DNA of 62,779 bases, the filler included, from Chiloscyllium plagiosum (taxonomy: Eukaryota): assembly GCF_004010195.1 (NCBI RefSeq). It is 4 parts of one record of this genome, joined end to end, with 100 filler letters (N's around TTAATTAATTAA, not from the genome) between each part and the next. Parts side by side here need not be neighbours in the genome. Positions count along the whole stretch, not along the records: positions 1 to 13,278 come from NC_057713.1; 3 more parts are not named here. One strand, written 5' to 3'. Below are positions 1 to 11,069 of the stretch, piece after piece. A program made the position numbers and the translations under genes. A model generated the notes under the pieces. It was not told the DNA's origin and made no database searches. It worked only from the letters and a program-made list of their open reading frames with translations. The stretch's first letter is position 1; the number at the start of each line of letters is the position of its first letter.

Positions 1-380
1 CCTTTTTGTCCTTAATATATTTGTAAAAACCCTTTGGAATCTTCTTAATTCTATTTGCCAAAGCTATCTCATGTCCCCGTTTTGCCTTCCTGATTTCCCT
101 CTTAAGTATACTCCTACTGCCTTTATACTCTTCTAAGAATTCACTTGATCTATCCTGTCTATACCTGACATATGCTTCCTTCTTTTTCCTAACCAAACCC
201 TCAATTTCTTTAGTCATCCAGCATTCCCTATACCTACCAGCCTTCCCTTTCACCCTGACAGGAATATACTTTCTCTGGATTCTTGTTATCTCACTTCTGA
301 AGACTTCCCATTTTCCAGACGTCCCTTTAGCTGCAAACATCTGCCTCCAATCAGCTTTTGAAAGTTCTTGCCTAATACAA
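1..380 (-). mobile_element. CR1-clade LINE ORF2 fragment (region between endonuclease and RT), truncated by window start
   Basis: Similar to the CR1 copies at 24800-25200 and 53620-53900 in this window; boundaries approximate. Confidence 0.7.
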
Positions 381-1371
381 TGTTTGACCCCAGCACTAGG
401 AAGCAACATCCCAACCTTGAGTCTCATTTACGGCCACATAAACATATTTATTATGCCCTTATGAATGCACCCTCCATTACTGTAGCGTTGCCACACACTC
501 CTGCTTTCTCATGCAGTCGAGCTAACCATGGTGTGACAAATTTGACTGTTGCCACTTTGCCCTGAGAGGCCATTCACCCCGAAGCTATAATTCCTTTGCA
601 GAAGAATGGCCATAAAGATTTGTGAACGGTTGGGTTTCAGCCTCAACCACTGGTCAACAAAAATTATTGGGTTTTTTTAGTTCTTCAAAATGTCACCACT
701 GAAAACAATGTGAAAAATGAAATGGGTCCAGCTGAGTAGATTTACCCATCCCTTTGCGAATAGAAGTCATCAATCTGAAATATCAACACTTTTTCTTTCC
801 ACATATGGTGACTGACCTGAATGTTTCTTGATTTTTCTTTTATTTTAGACTTCCAGCATGTGGAACATTTGCATTTGCAGCGGATTTCCAGCTCATTTCC
901 TCACAACGTTTGTCTTCTTCGCGAGGACTCTGGACTTGCATCTAATTATTGCTTTCAACAATACAAGTCACAATTTACATTAATTTACCAGCTCCGCGAT
1001 TAACAACATATAGCTTTACGCTAGACTGTGCCACCTGGAGACTGCATGGGTCGTTGAAGCAATGTAAAACTCAGCTGATACTGGTATTGCAGAGTGCTCA
1101 GTCATTTTGCATCAGGCTGGACTGACGTGAGCAGCAAGCCACCCCTTCCCCCTATTAGTCACGCATTTTGTGTATAGTTTGCATAAACAGAGCTGATATT
1201 TCCACATCGTTCATTCTAATTGTGGGACCCCAGAGACAAAGCCGGAAAATAACGCAATCGAAATGCAATATGTACTAGCAGGAGAGGCTGATGACTATGC
1301 AAACTGTTCAGTTTCCCAGCACGGGCTCCGTGCCCTCGGGCTGAGCCACTGATGAGTCGGACTCTGAGCTC

Positions 1372-1524
1372 ATTGGACTTTGGCGCTTGGCCGGCGTCCT
1401 GCTATTTCTGGTCTGAACTGGTTGTTCCGTTCGTGGGTTTCCAGCTGGCTGCAATTCAACCAAGTCAACGTGTCAGACTGCACACAGTCCAATGCGGAAG
1501 CTACAAGCATCAGCTGGTATAAAA
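1372..1524 (+). promoter_or_regulatory. Probable Pol II core promoter of PPDPFL: ATTGG 1372-1376, CCAAT 1489-1493, TATAAAA 1518-1524
   Basis: Motifs read directly. The region has more CpG than its flanks and lies ~330 bp upstream of the PPDPFL ATG. A CRE-like TGACGTGA is at 1123-1130. Confidence 0.6.
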
Positions 1525-1549
1525 GCCAGCTCCACAATAGGAAGCCAGT

Positions 1550-1630
1550 CTGTGGCTGCACAGTGTTAGGAAAGTTTCTGTTCTGAGACGGTGCTGCAGT
1601 TACAATATTGCAGTGAATTCCTTCTCCTGG
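1550..1630 (+). other. PPDPFL: Probable non-coding first exon of PPDPFL (start approximate)
   Basis: Start inferred ~25-30 nt downstream of the TATA box. Candidate donor TGG|GTGCGT at 1630/1631. The next exon has a clear acceptor (tttttcag, AG at 1793-1794) 53 nt upstream of the ATG, which implies an upstream exon. Confidence 0.4.
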
Positions 1631-1847
1631 GTGCGTGTCCCGACAAGTATAAGCAGAACACCATTCTCACTTCAATCCTGAGTTTTATTTGTTGCTATCT
1701 CTTTGGGTATAGGATTGTTTGGGATGCGAGTAGTGCAATATATTTTGCCAGCTTTTAAAAAACCGCTTTATGTTTTCTCTTTGATATTTTTCAGGATCTT
1801 TCGACTCTCCAGGGAAACCTTCCAGGTCCAACTCTGATCCTACCGCC

Positions 1848-1905
1848 ATGGCATCTGTTCCTTCAGCTGGCTGTTTGCTTGCAGCACGGAATCAATATTA
1901 TAGAA
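1848..1905 (+). CDS. PPDPFL: PPDPF-like protein (C8orf22 orthologue), coding exon 1: MASVPSAGCLLAARNQYYR
   Basis: Strong Kozak context accgccATGg. Peptide closely matches the recalled human PPDPFL N-terminus (MASVPSIGCLLARNQYYR). Donor A|GTAAGT at 1905/1906, phase 1. Confidence 0.92.
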
Positions 1906-2052
1906 GTAAGTATTCAGCTATTGTTTAGAAGTGAAACATCTGATAGGTTGAGAATAATGGATGTAATGTTTGTGACTGTTGCATTTCTGCAGATATTTTC
2001 GTGTTTCTAGAAACTTGAATTTTTATCTTGCAGTATTCCTGTTTCTTTTCAG

Positions 2053-2136
2053 CCCGAGTCCATTCCACATCAGATGGAACCTCCAGTGGGCTATGCCGTT
2101 TGGAAAATGCCATGGAGCATGAAAAACCCCATCAAG
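2053..2136 (+). CDS. PPDPFL: PPDPFL coding exon 2: TRVHSTSDGTSSGLCRLENAMEHEKPHQ
   Basis: Acceptor tttcttttcAG (2051-2052), donor G|GTAATA, 84 nt, phase 1-1, in frame. Ser-rich stretch ending KPHQG, like the recalled human DKPQQG. Confidence 0.85.
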
Positions 2137-2216
2137 GTAATAAAGATAAACTTCGTAAAACTGAATTGTGAGCACCTTGGTTTTGTAGCTCATTGTTTCT
2201 CCCTTGGTGTACACAG

Positions 2217-2313
2217 GATTTCTTCTCGCACTGGAGAAATGTTTGTGGTTAAAGAATTTTCTGAACTGTGAGCCTGCTCATCACCCTGTTAACACAGGGC
2301 TATCCACAGGAAG
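2217..2313 (+). CDS. PPDPFL: PPDPFL coding exon 3: GFLLALEKCLWLKNFLNCEPAHHPVNTGLSTG
   Basis: Acceptor acacAG (2215-2216), donor AG|GTAAGA, 97 nt, phase 1-2. WLKNFLNCEP aligns with the family motif WWFKSFFHSEP. Confidence 0.85.
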
Positions 2314-2506
2314 GTAAGACGTCCTTCACAAACTAGGAAGAACCTCCTGAAGGTCATTTTGATATTGGATGACTGTGTAAAATGTTAAATTTGCATCAGA
2401 AATGATGTATAGAACAGTACAGCAGAGCAACTGCCCCTTTAGCCCATCAACTCCATGCTGACCATGATGCCATGCTAAACAAATCTAATCTGCCCACAGA
2501 ATATGG

Positions 2507-2819
2507 GGGTGGCATAGTAGTTAGCACTGTTGCCTCACAATGCCAGAGACCTGGGTTCAATTCCTGCCTCAGGTGACTGACCGTGTGGAGTTTGCACATT
2601 CTCCCAGTGTCTGTGTGGGTTTTCTCTGGGTGCTCAGGTTTCTTCCCACAGTCCAAAAATGTGTAGGTCAGGCGAATTGGCCATGCTAAATTGCCCGTAG
2701 TGTTAGGTGAAGGGGTAAAATGTAGGGGAATGGGTCTGGGTGGGTTGCGCTTCGGTGGGTTGGTGTGGACTTGTTGGGCCGAAGAGCCTGTTTCCACACT
2801 GTAAGTAATCTAATCTAAT
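2507..2819 (+). mobile_element. HE1-type tRNA-derived shark SINE in the last PPDPFL intron
   Basis: tRNA-like head with B box (gggttcaattcc), body tgtggagtttgcacattctcc, tail tttccacactgt plus (taatc)n. Related copies recur in the window. Confidence 0.85.
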
Positions 2820-3060
2820 TGCCTAGTCACAAGTGTAGTTTGGTCTCTTTGAAAATGATTTCCAAAGTCTTTTCTAGATAGCATTTGAGAATCTAAATAA
2901 TTGCAAGATAACAGACATTTTAACACACAACATTTTCTGGCTGTTATTAGTGATCATTCAAATAAAGTTATCATTCGTAAGGGCTTGAGCTTGCGTTATT
3001 GACTAAATAACTTGAACAAACCTTTAAGTGAATTAACCATTTCTTCTTTTTGTTTGACAG

Positions 3061-3073
3061 TGGTCATCGTTGA
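3061..3073 (+). CDS. PPDPFL: PPDPFL terminal coding exon: (S)GHR-stop. Total CDS 252 nt, 83 aa.
   Basis: Strong polypyrimidine acceptor ttcttctttttgtttgacAG ending at 3060. The phase-2 join gives AGT GGT CAT CGT TGA, followed by an AT-rich 3'UTR. Confidence 0.75.
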
Positions 3074-3569
3074 TCAAGGATGATTCTTTGACAAATGGTT
3101 TCTATGGATTGTGTTTTAATCTACAGTATTTGGTATTATGTTGCCACTGACTCAGGGAATTAGTTGCAGTTTACATAGAGATTTGAACTGCCTTGAAATA
3201 GCTGATGCCCATCTCGAGCAGCAAGTGATGTTATCATCAACAGTGTTGTTTTTAAAAAATTATTTTCCAACTAAAGCAATTTACAAAAGAGCATGTTGAT
3301 GATTTTCAAACAATCCAAGTTAGGATATTAAGAAGGGGGAAAACTAATTTTAAAAACCTGAAGGACTTGTCACATTTTGGCCAAAGTTAAATAACTTTTT
3401 GATAGTTTCCTCAATTCAGCATAATATCTTTGTAGCATAAACAAATGTTGACATAATGTCTTCATGTGGCAGTGTACAGTGTCTTTTACAATACGTAGAA
3501 TTTTTATTTATATTTTGGTTATTTGCTGTATACTGTTCTTTATATTATTAACTGTTTTTTGAGTTGTCT

Positions 3570-3575
3570 AATAAA
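3570..3575 (+). terminator. Candidate polyadenylation signal (AATAAA) of PPDPFL
   Basis: Canonical hexamer ~500 nt after the stop, with T-rich sequence downstream. Confidence 0.5.
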
Positions 3576-3871
3576 TGACATACTGCTTGAGAAAGGATGA
3601 CCATGTGTCAGAAAACCCATTTGCTTTACTGTGAGAACATTTTTTGTTTGAAAAAGTTTTTTAAAAAAAAACTGCAATTTTTTTTTTAATGAGACAAGTA
3701 ATAGATGGCAGGCTATCATTCTTCATGTTAATTTTAATGAAAAAGTTGATTTGAATGCAAATTTGGAAATTCTGTTTTCTCAATGCCTCTCTTTTTTAAG
3801 GGGAGTAATTTCAATTCTTACTTTGTTGGAGTTTGGTCAAGTAGATTTCATATTTCTTCTTAGAATTTGAA

Positions 3872-4197
3872 GTAGAATTCCTACAGTGTGGAAACTGGCC
3901 CTTTGGCCCAACAAGTTCACATTGACCCTGTGAAGAGTCAGCCACCCAGACCCATTCCCCTACATTTTAACTCCTGACTAATGCACCCAACCTACACATC
4001 CCTGAACACTGGGGGCAATTTAACACGGCCAATTTACCTAACCTGCACATCTTTGGATTGTGGGAGGATACCGAAGCACTTGGAAGAAACCCACACAGAC
4101 ACAGGGAGGATGTGCAAACTCTACACAGCCAGTCTCTGGAAGCTGGGTCCTGGTGGTGTGAGGTAGCAGTGCTAACCACCATACCACCCCTTGCCGT
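3872..4197 (-). mobile_element. HE1-type SINE
   Basis: Reverse complement of the 2507-2819 family. Confidence 0.85.
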
Positions 4198-4683
4198 GCT
4201 GTCATTTCATTATGTAAAGCTCTGAGCAAAACTGTCTTTTTGTACATGCCTAATGTTTAATTTGATCCATATTAATTATCCTTTTGTATGTAACTTCCAA
4301 CTTTGGTGACAAAAACTGATGTTATTGAAATGAATGGGCTATACAAGAAAGGGCTCATCCATTGCTTGTTGTTCCAGCCAATTTAACATTATCTCATTGC
4401 CATTCTGAGACAATATGACAGCCTATTCTGGAGATGTGTAGGGGGGATGGGGGGGGGAGAAAAATTACAGCTTCCCTACCCTGCCACCCTCACCCCCCCC
4501 CCCCCCCCCCCCAGTTAAGCAGCTTCGCCTATATATTTAATCTGATTTGATCGAAAGAGAATCTGTTGATAGCAGGCTTATCCCTGCTCCTGATGTCTTG
4601 ATTATGTGCTTCAGTGCAGTGACCTGTACAAAAGGAGCATTCAATTATGAAATTTATCTGCTAGGGTGATACACTACTGAATT

Positions 4684-4926
4684 AACTGTGACACTTTTAA
4701 ATGTACTTATTTTATTAATAAATTTTTTTTTATACACTTCTACCTCTTAAACTCCTTATTGTTACCAAAATGTGGCATGGAGTTATAGGATGCTGCAACA
4801 CAAACAACTGTGACACTTTTAAATGTACTTATTTTATTAATAAATTTTTTTTATACACTTCTACCTCTTAAACTCCTTATTGTTACCAAAATGTGGCATG
4901 GAGTTATAGAATGCTGCAACACAAAC
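4684..4926. repeat. Tandem duplication of a ~122-bp unique segment (4684-4805 and 4806-4926)
   Basis: The copies are identical apart from T9 vs T8 and one G/A substitution. Confidence 0.9.
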
Positions 4927-5194
4927 AGCCATTTAGCCTTACAAGTCTGCAGTGGTATTTTCCTCCCCTCCATATTATTTTTCAATTAACTATTCAGTTC
5001 CCATTTAAAGGAAAAGACGTGGATTCAACTTCAGTGTGTGTCTGTGTATGTTCACGTGTACACCTTCGGTTGAGTCATTCAGCATGTTGCGTCTGTGTTG
5101 GCTGTCTGAAGCATCAACTCACCCAGTCCCATTCTTTCACCTTCTCTATGTGACTCTGCACACCTTTTCTTTATTATCCCAATTGCTGGTACTA

Positions 5195-5472
5195 CTGGCT
5201 AAGGTTTAGGGTGAGAGGGGAAAGATATAAAAGAGACCTAAGGGGCAACTTTTTCACACAGAGGGTGGTACGTGTATGAATGAGCTGCCAGAGGATGTGG
5301 TGGAGGCTGGTACAATTGCAACATTTAAGAGGCATTTGGATGGGTATATGAATAGGAAGGATTTGGAGAGATAAGGGCTGGGTGCTGGCAGGTGGGACTA
5401 GATTGGGTTGGGATATCTGGTCGGTATGGACAGGTTGGACTGTTTCCATGCTGTACATCTCTATGACTCTAA
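5195..5472 (+). mobile_element. CR1 LINE 3' end fragment
   Basis: C-terminal ORF2 motif (GNFFTQRVV...LPE.VVEAGT) and 3'UTR ending ctctatgactct. Confidence 0.85.
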
Positions 5473-5929
5473 GTAAAATCCCCAAATGGAATCTGGGCTG
5501 CCAAATTTATTTAACCACAGAGCAGACGTTTATTCCACAAAAAAAGCTCAGTGTACGATACAGTTGGGTCGGTCTTAAAACACACAGTAAAACAAAGTCA
5601 TGTCCCATTTCCTGACACTATCCATCACAAAGACTCAAATCTGGAGAAATTATCCCTGATCATAAAATGTTTCAGTTTGATTTAATTTTTACCCTCCATC
5701 CCCTTTTTTTTTGCTGTGAACTGGAGTCTTACATGAAAACACTCAACAAGAAAATTTTGATTTTCACAGTTGTTAACAATCTGTAAATTTCTAACCAAGC
5801 ACTCCAGATCGGATTCTCACAACTACTTTCCCAAGAGAGAAAATATATTTGCTTCTGACTCTAATGACCTAATAATCTAGTTCCCTGTCCAGCATCATCT
5901 TCCTTGATAAGTTCAAAATAATATCTTGA

Positions 5930-6585
5930 CAGGTGCATAGTTAGTTGAAAGTCGAGTCGTGAGTAGATAGGATAGTGAAGAAGGTGTTTGGTTTGCTTTC
6001 TTTTATAGGTCATTCAGTTGGGAAGTCATGTTACTGCTATACAGGACATTGGTTAGGCCACGCTTGGAATATTATGTGCAATTCTTCCTATTGCAATGAC
6101 ATTGTGAAACTTGAAAGGGTTCAGAAAAGGTTTACAAGGATGTTGTCAGGATTGGAGGGTTTGAGCTATAGGGTGGGGCTGAATAGGCTGGGATTTTCCC
6201 TGGAGCGTCAGAAGTTGAGGGGTGACCTTATGGAGGTTCATAAAATCATGAGGGCCATAGAGTGAATAAACACGGTCTTTTCCCTGGGGTGAGGGAGTCC
6301 AGAACTAGAAGTTTAGGGTGAGAAGGGAAAAATTTAAAAGGGACCTAATGGGCAACTTTTTCACGCAGAGGGTGGTGTGTGTATGGACTAAACTGCCAGA
6401 GGACATGGTGGAGGCTGGTACAATTACAACATTTAAAAGACATCTGGATGTGTATATCAATAGGAAGGTTTTAGAGGGATATGGGCTTAGTGCTGGCAAA
6501 TGGGACTAAATTAGTTTAGGATATCTGGTCGGCATGGACAAGTTGGACGGAAGAGTGTGTTTCCATGCTGTACATCTATGACCGA
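5930..6585 (+). mobile_element. CR1 LINE 3' fragment (degenerate RT C-terminus and 3'UTR)
   Basis: ORF-track peptides LERVQKRFTRML and GNFFTQRVVCVW, frameshifted. Confidence 0.9.
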
Positions 6586-7734
6586 AAGTACATTAGCCAT
6601 GCCCTTGCCTCCCTGAGACAGTGTCTCTCTTTTTACCTTTTTTTATTATTTAAATGTAATAGTGTCATCTCACTGGGTGGAATGCTGGAAAGCAAGCCTC
6701 AGGATTTCCCAGAGATGTCACAAAAGGTAAAACATCTATCAAAACATACAAAGTGCTCGATTTACATGTCTGGTGAAATGGGGCTAACAGAAAACATGAC
6801 CATAGGATCTTGTATTTAATTGGAACCACTATTTAGGACAAAAAATTCCTAACCACAGGTAAACAACAATGAACTATTGACATATAACTTCCATAGTTAA
6901 ACATTTTACCCTCTTCTAAACTTCTGTCCCACTACATACACATACAGACAGAAAAACATTTTTTTTGCTTTGGGTGGAGGGATAAAAAACAGGGAAAGCA
7001 GCTCAATGGCTCCAGTGCATAGGATTCACTGAGATGATCTTTTTGCTTGCCAGGATTTTCTGTTCTGCACTCTTTTCTCCAAGTTCTTTTCACTTCACAG
7101 AGGATAAAGGTGACTGGGACTTTAACTGCAAAGTCTCTTAGTTATTGCTTAAAGGCTTTGTCTTACAGTAACTGGTGAACGAAAATAAACTGGCTTTCTT
7201 ATTATTCTTCTTTAGATATTTTACTGGAGGTAAAATTATATCACCTTCTTTTGCAACGGACTGAAGCTGTTCAGCCACTTACGAGCCAATCAGATTGTTG
7301 TTGTCAGGCTGATGGGCTCTGCCGTCCACAACTGGTGACAACTCCATGGACCAATCGGTAACCTGTGTGCTGGTCTGCCTGCAAACAGCTTCCTCATTGC
7401 TTGAATAAAGCCGGAATGCAGACGGGTTAAAACTTTTCGCAACTCACGTTTAATAAGTGCAACAGTTCTTTCCACAATCCTTGGTTTTAATTAGTCCTTT
7501 TCCCATTTCAGTCCACAATCAAAAACACAGCAAAATAGAAAGATGTGGTATTTCCAGTAGAAAAGTTTCATTTCCTTGAATGTTATTTTCCTTTCCACAT
7601 CTCTTTGTCTCTCATTACTTTTTCGATTTCTGTCAGAATCTTCTTTACTCAATCTGGATCTTTGTTGTTATTTATTTGTGCCCTTAGAGCAGATTCTATT
7701 AATTTTAGGGAGGGACTGACAAATTATTAAGTTG

Positions 7735-10570
7735 TCATAGGAGCTATAGTAGGCCATTCAGACACTGAGCTTGCTCCACTAGACTACTGCTGATCACCAG
7801 TGTCAATGCCACTTTCTGTACTACCTTCACATCCCTTGATGTCAACAGTCTCCAGAAAATTATCAATTTCTGCACACTCAATGACTGAACCTCCTCTGTC
7901 CTTTGTCCAAAAGTTAACCATCCTCTGACAATCCTCTTGATATCAGTCTTAAAGGGCCTTTCTGTAATTCTGAGATTATGACCCTTGGATTCATGCTCAA
8001 AAGCCTGGGGGGACTAAATATAGACACCTTTCAAAGTGTTGTATCTTAGATAAGATAAACCAGGTCAGGTCTTACACAGGTCATGGTAGGTCATTGAGTG
8101 CAAGAGTTGGTACATCATGTTTGTTTGCACAAGACATTGACAAGGCCACGCTTGGAGTACTGCACACAATTCTGGTCACAATTAATTCTAATTATAGGAA
8201 GGATGTTATTAAACTGGAAAGGAGCAAAAAAGATTTACAAAAATCTTACTGAAAGTGTAAAGTTAGAAGGAGAGGCTGGATAAGCTGAGATTCTTTTCCC
8301 TGGAATTTAGGAGGCTGTGGGTGATCTTATAGAGGTTTATAAAATCATGAGTGGCATAGATAAGATGAACAACTCCCTTTGGACACCAACAATTCACAAA
8401 TTCTCACCATTTGAAAAGTATTCTGTCTTTCTGTTTTATTTCTACCAAAGTGAATAGCTTCACAATTATTCATATGAAAAGCCACCGTCCATGTTCTCGC
8501 CCATTCACCTAGCCTGACCAAGTCCTCTGGAAACCTCTTTGTATCCTTTTCACAACTTGTGTTCCCATGCATGCATGGTGTCATTTGCAAATTTTTAAAT
8601 ATTGTAATAGGTCCCCACATCCAAATAACTTATAATGATTGTGAACAGCTGCTGGCCTCACCCTGAGTCTTGCAGAACCCCATCAGTCTACCTTGTAGTC
8701 TGATCAATCAAATTACAATATTATCATATTGCATTTATAAAGCATCTTATTTGTAATAAAGGATCCCAACTTGCACCACAAGAGTGTAATTAAACACAAT
8801 TTGTCGTTGACTTACATAGGAGATAATTGTCTCATTTATAAAGTCATAGAGATGTACAGCACAGAAACAGACCCTTTGTTCCAACTCGTCCATGTCGACC
8901 AGAAATCCCAACTCAATCTAGTCCCACCTGCCAGCACCTGGCCCATATCCCTCCAAATACTTTCTATTCATATACCCATCAAGTTGCCTTTTAAATGTTG
9001 CAATTTTCCTAGCCTCCACCACTTCCTCTGGCAGCTCATTCCATACATGCACCGCCCTCTGAGTGAAAAAGTTGCCCCTTAGGTCTCTTTTATATCTTTA
9101 CCCTCTCACCTTAAACATATGCCCTCTAGTTCTGAACTCCACCACCCCAGGGAAAAGACTATGTCTGTTTATTCTATCCATGCCCCTCATGATTGTGTAA
9201 AGGTCAGCCCTCACCCTCCGAAGCCCCAGCCTGTTCAGCCTCTCCCTATAGCTCAAATCCTCCAACCCTGGCAACATCCTTGTAAATCTTTTCTGAACCC
9301 TTTCAAATTTCACAACATCTTCAAAAAACTAGGTTTTAAGAAGCATCCTAAAGTGGATGAAGAGACAGGGATTTTGAAAGGACTTCTCAATGTTTAGACA
9401 AAGCCAAAATGATGGAGTGAATGATGTTAAGCAAAATACAACAGACCTGAATTGGAGGAGAGCAGAAACTTCAGATTTATATGGCTGAAGGAGCTTGGAG
9501 AGAGAGAGAGGGTGGAGCAATTGGCACAATAAATGACGACAATTGATTTTTAGCAAATAAATTTACAGAAAAGGTTAGGTTAGTAGCAAGCATACATGTT
9601 TAAGAGAAAACGTGTTGGTCAGCAGGCCAGATGCCAGTGATGATAAACTGTTGTGCTTTTATTAGATAACACTTTGAAAAGTGAGTCCAGTTCTGGTACA
9701 TGAGCAACAAGAGACATCCAAGTGTTACTGGAAATGTGAAGAGAAGGCCTAAGCTGGATTATTGGGTCGGATTTCATGCTGAACTAGGCAAATGTGTCTG
9801 TAAAGTGTTCTGTCTGCCACCGAGAGGCTATCCAGATCCTCCTAGTTATGATTTTAGTGAATGTTTCTGTACAGGCAATTTAGCTGCCAGTCAAAACCGA
9901 ATTCATCTGTGTTATAAACCTGTTCAGCAGGGACAAGTTGGACTGAAGAGCCTGTTTCCATGCTGTATGCTTCTATGACTCACTGACTGATGCCTCACAG
10001 GAATTTCCTAAATTTCAATGGGGCACCTGTAATTCTTTTGATCTCTAGCATGTACACACCCAGTTTGCTCAATGTCTCCTCATAAGCAAAACCTTTTAAT
10101 CCAGGTATTAATTTCGTGGACCTCACTTAAACTCCCACTACTGGGAGTAAATCCCTCCTTAGTTATGGGACCAAAAGAGGCATAATAATCCACGTAAGGT
10201 CTCACCAAAGTTTGATACAATTGTAGGAAGACATCTTCTGGACTCAGGTCCCTTTGTGATGCAGGCCAACGTACCATTTGCCTTCACAATTAACTAAAAA
10301 GGGTTAATTACAAGGACACCCAGTTCCCTTTAGTTCACAAATTCTCACCATTTAAAAGGTATTCAGTCTTTCCATTTTATTTCTACCAAAGTGAATAGCT
10401 TCATGATTATTCATATGATAATATATCTTCCATGTTCTCGCCCATTTATCTTGCCCAACCAACTCCTCTTGAAATCACCTTGTATCCTTCTGACAACTTA
10501 TGTTCCTGTACCATTTGGGGTCATTTGCAAATTTGTAAATGTTGTAATTGGTCCCCACATCCAAATAAGT
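7735..10570. mobile_element. Cluster of CR1 fragments in both orientations (about 8060-8380 +, 8380-8700 -, 8840-9320 -, 9990-10570 -)
   Basis: Peptides RPRLEYCTQFWS, FERVQKRFTRMLPGL and QLYQTLVRP; boundaries approximate. Confidence 0.75.
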
Positions 10571-11050
10571 TTAGAATTTTGTTTTACTGTCACATGTACT
10601 CAAGTGCAGGGATACAAGAGCACAGTGAAAAGTATACATTGTCAACATTCACTTGCACCATCTTCGATACAAAGGTACCTAGTTATAAAATATTAGGATA
10701 ACATAGAAAATAAAGGAATACGATTGAAGGTTTAGCATTATGGTCCTTCTTAAGTGTTTAGCCATGGGCCTGAATCCGGGCTGTCCCACCCGACACTGAA
10801 ACCATCACCAGTATAAGTTGCCTCGCTGTCACGGAAATGTATCGCCATTTTACCTCAATTAATGCATCGCCGCCGTGAGATCATGATCGGCTGGTCTCGG
10901 CAATACAGGTGCTGCTGAAGCAGCTGGGCAGTCTCCCAAAATGTAAATAGGGCTAAAAATGGAAAAAGCAGAGAGAGAAAAAAGAATAAGCAGTCAGAAC
11001 AACAGACAAGGATGGACTTCAAAAAGTCCATTTTGGGCCTCAACCTGACT
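10571..11050 (-). mobile_element. Unclassified dispersed (SINE-like) element, related to 56570-56970
   Basis: 10571-10720 aligns to the reverse complement of 56830-56968 (ttagaatt...cagtgaaaagt...caaaggtacctag...atagaaaa). ccatgggcctg is also shared. Confidence 0.55.
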
Positions 11051-11069
11051 ATTCACTGAAGTTCAACCC

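Noticed and set aside
2034..2052. Alternative acceptor (cttgcAG at 2032-2033) for PPDPFL exon 2
   Set aside because: It adds 19 nt, shifts the frame and loses similarity to the family.
1925..2113. Minus-strand ORF containing EWTRAEK, reminiscent of syntrophin DWTRAEK
   Set aside because: It is the antisense of PPDPFL exon 2. The true syntrophin exon is at 27560-27631, so this is a coincidence.
2507..2580. tRNA gene calls at SINE heads (also 50232, 59650)
   Set aside because: The tRNA-like A/B boxes continue into HE1 SINE bodies, so these are not functional tRNAs.
6716..7721. Possible solo LTR bounded by TGTCA...TGACA
   Set aside because: Only a 5-bp inverted match, with no target-site duplication or PBS; insufficient support.
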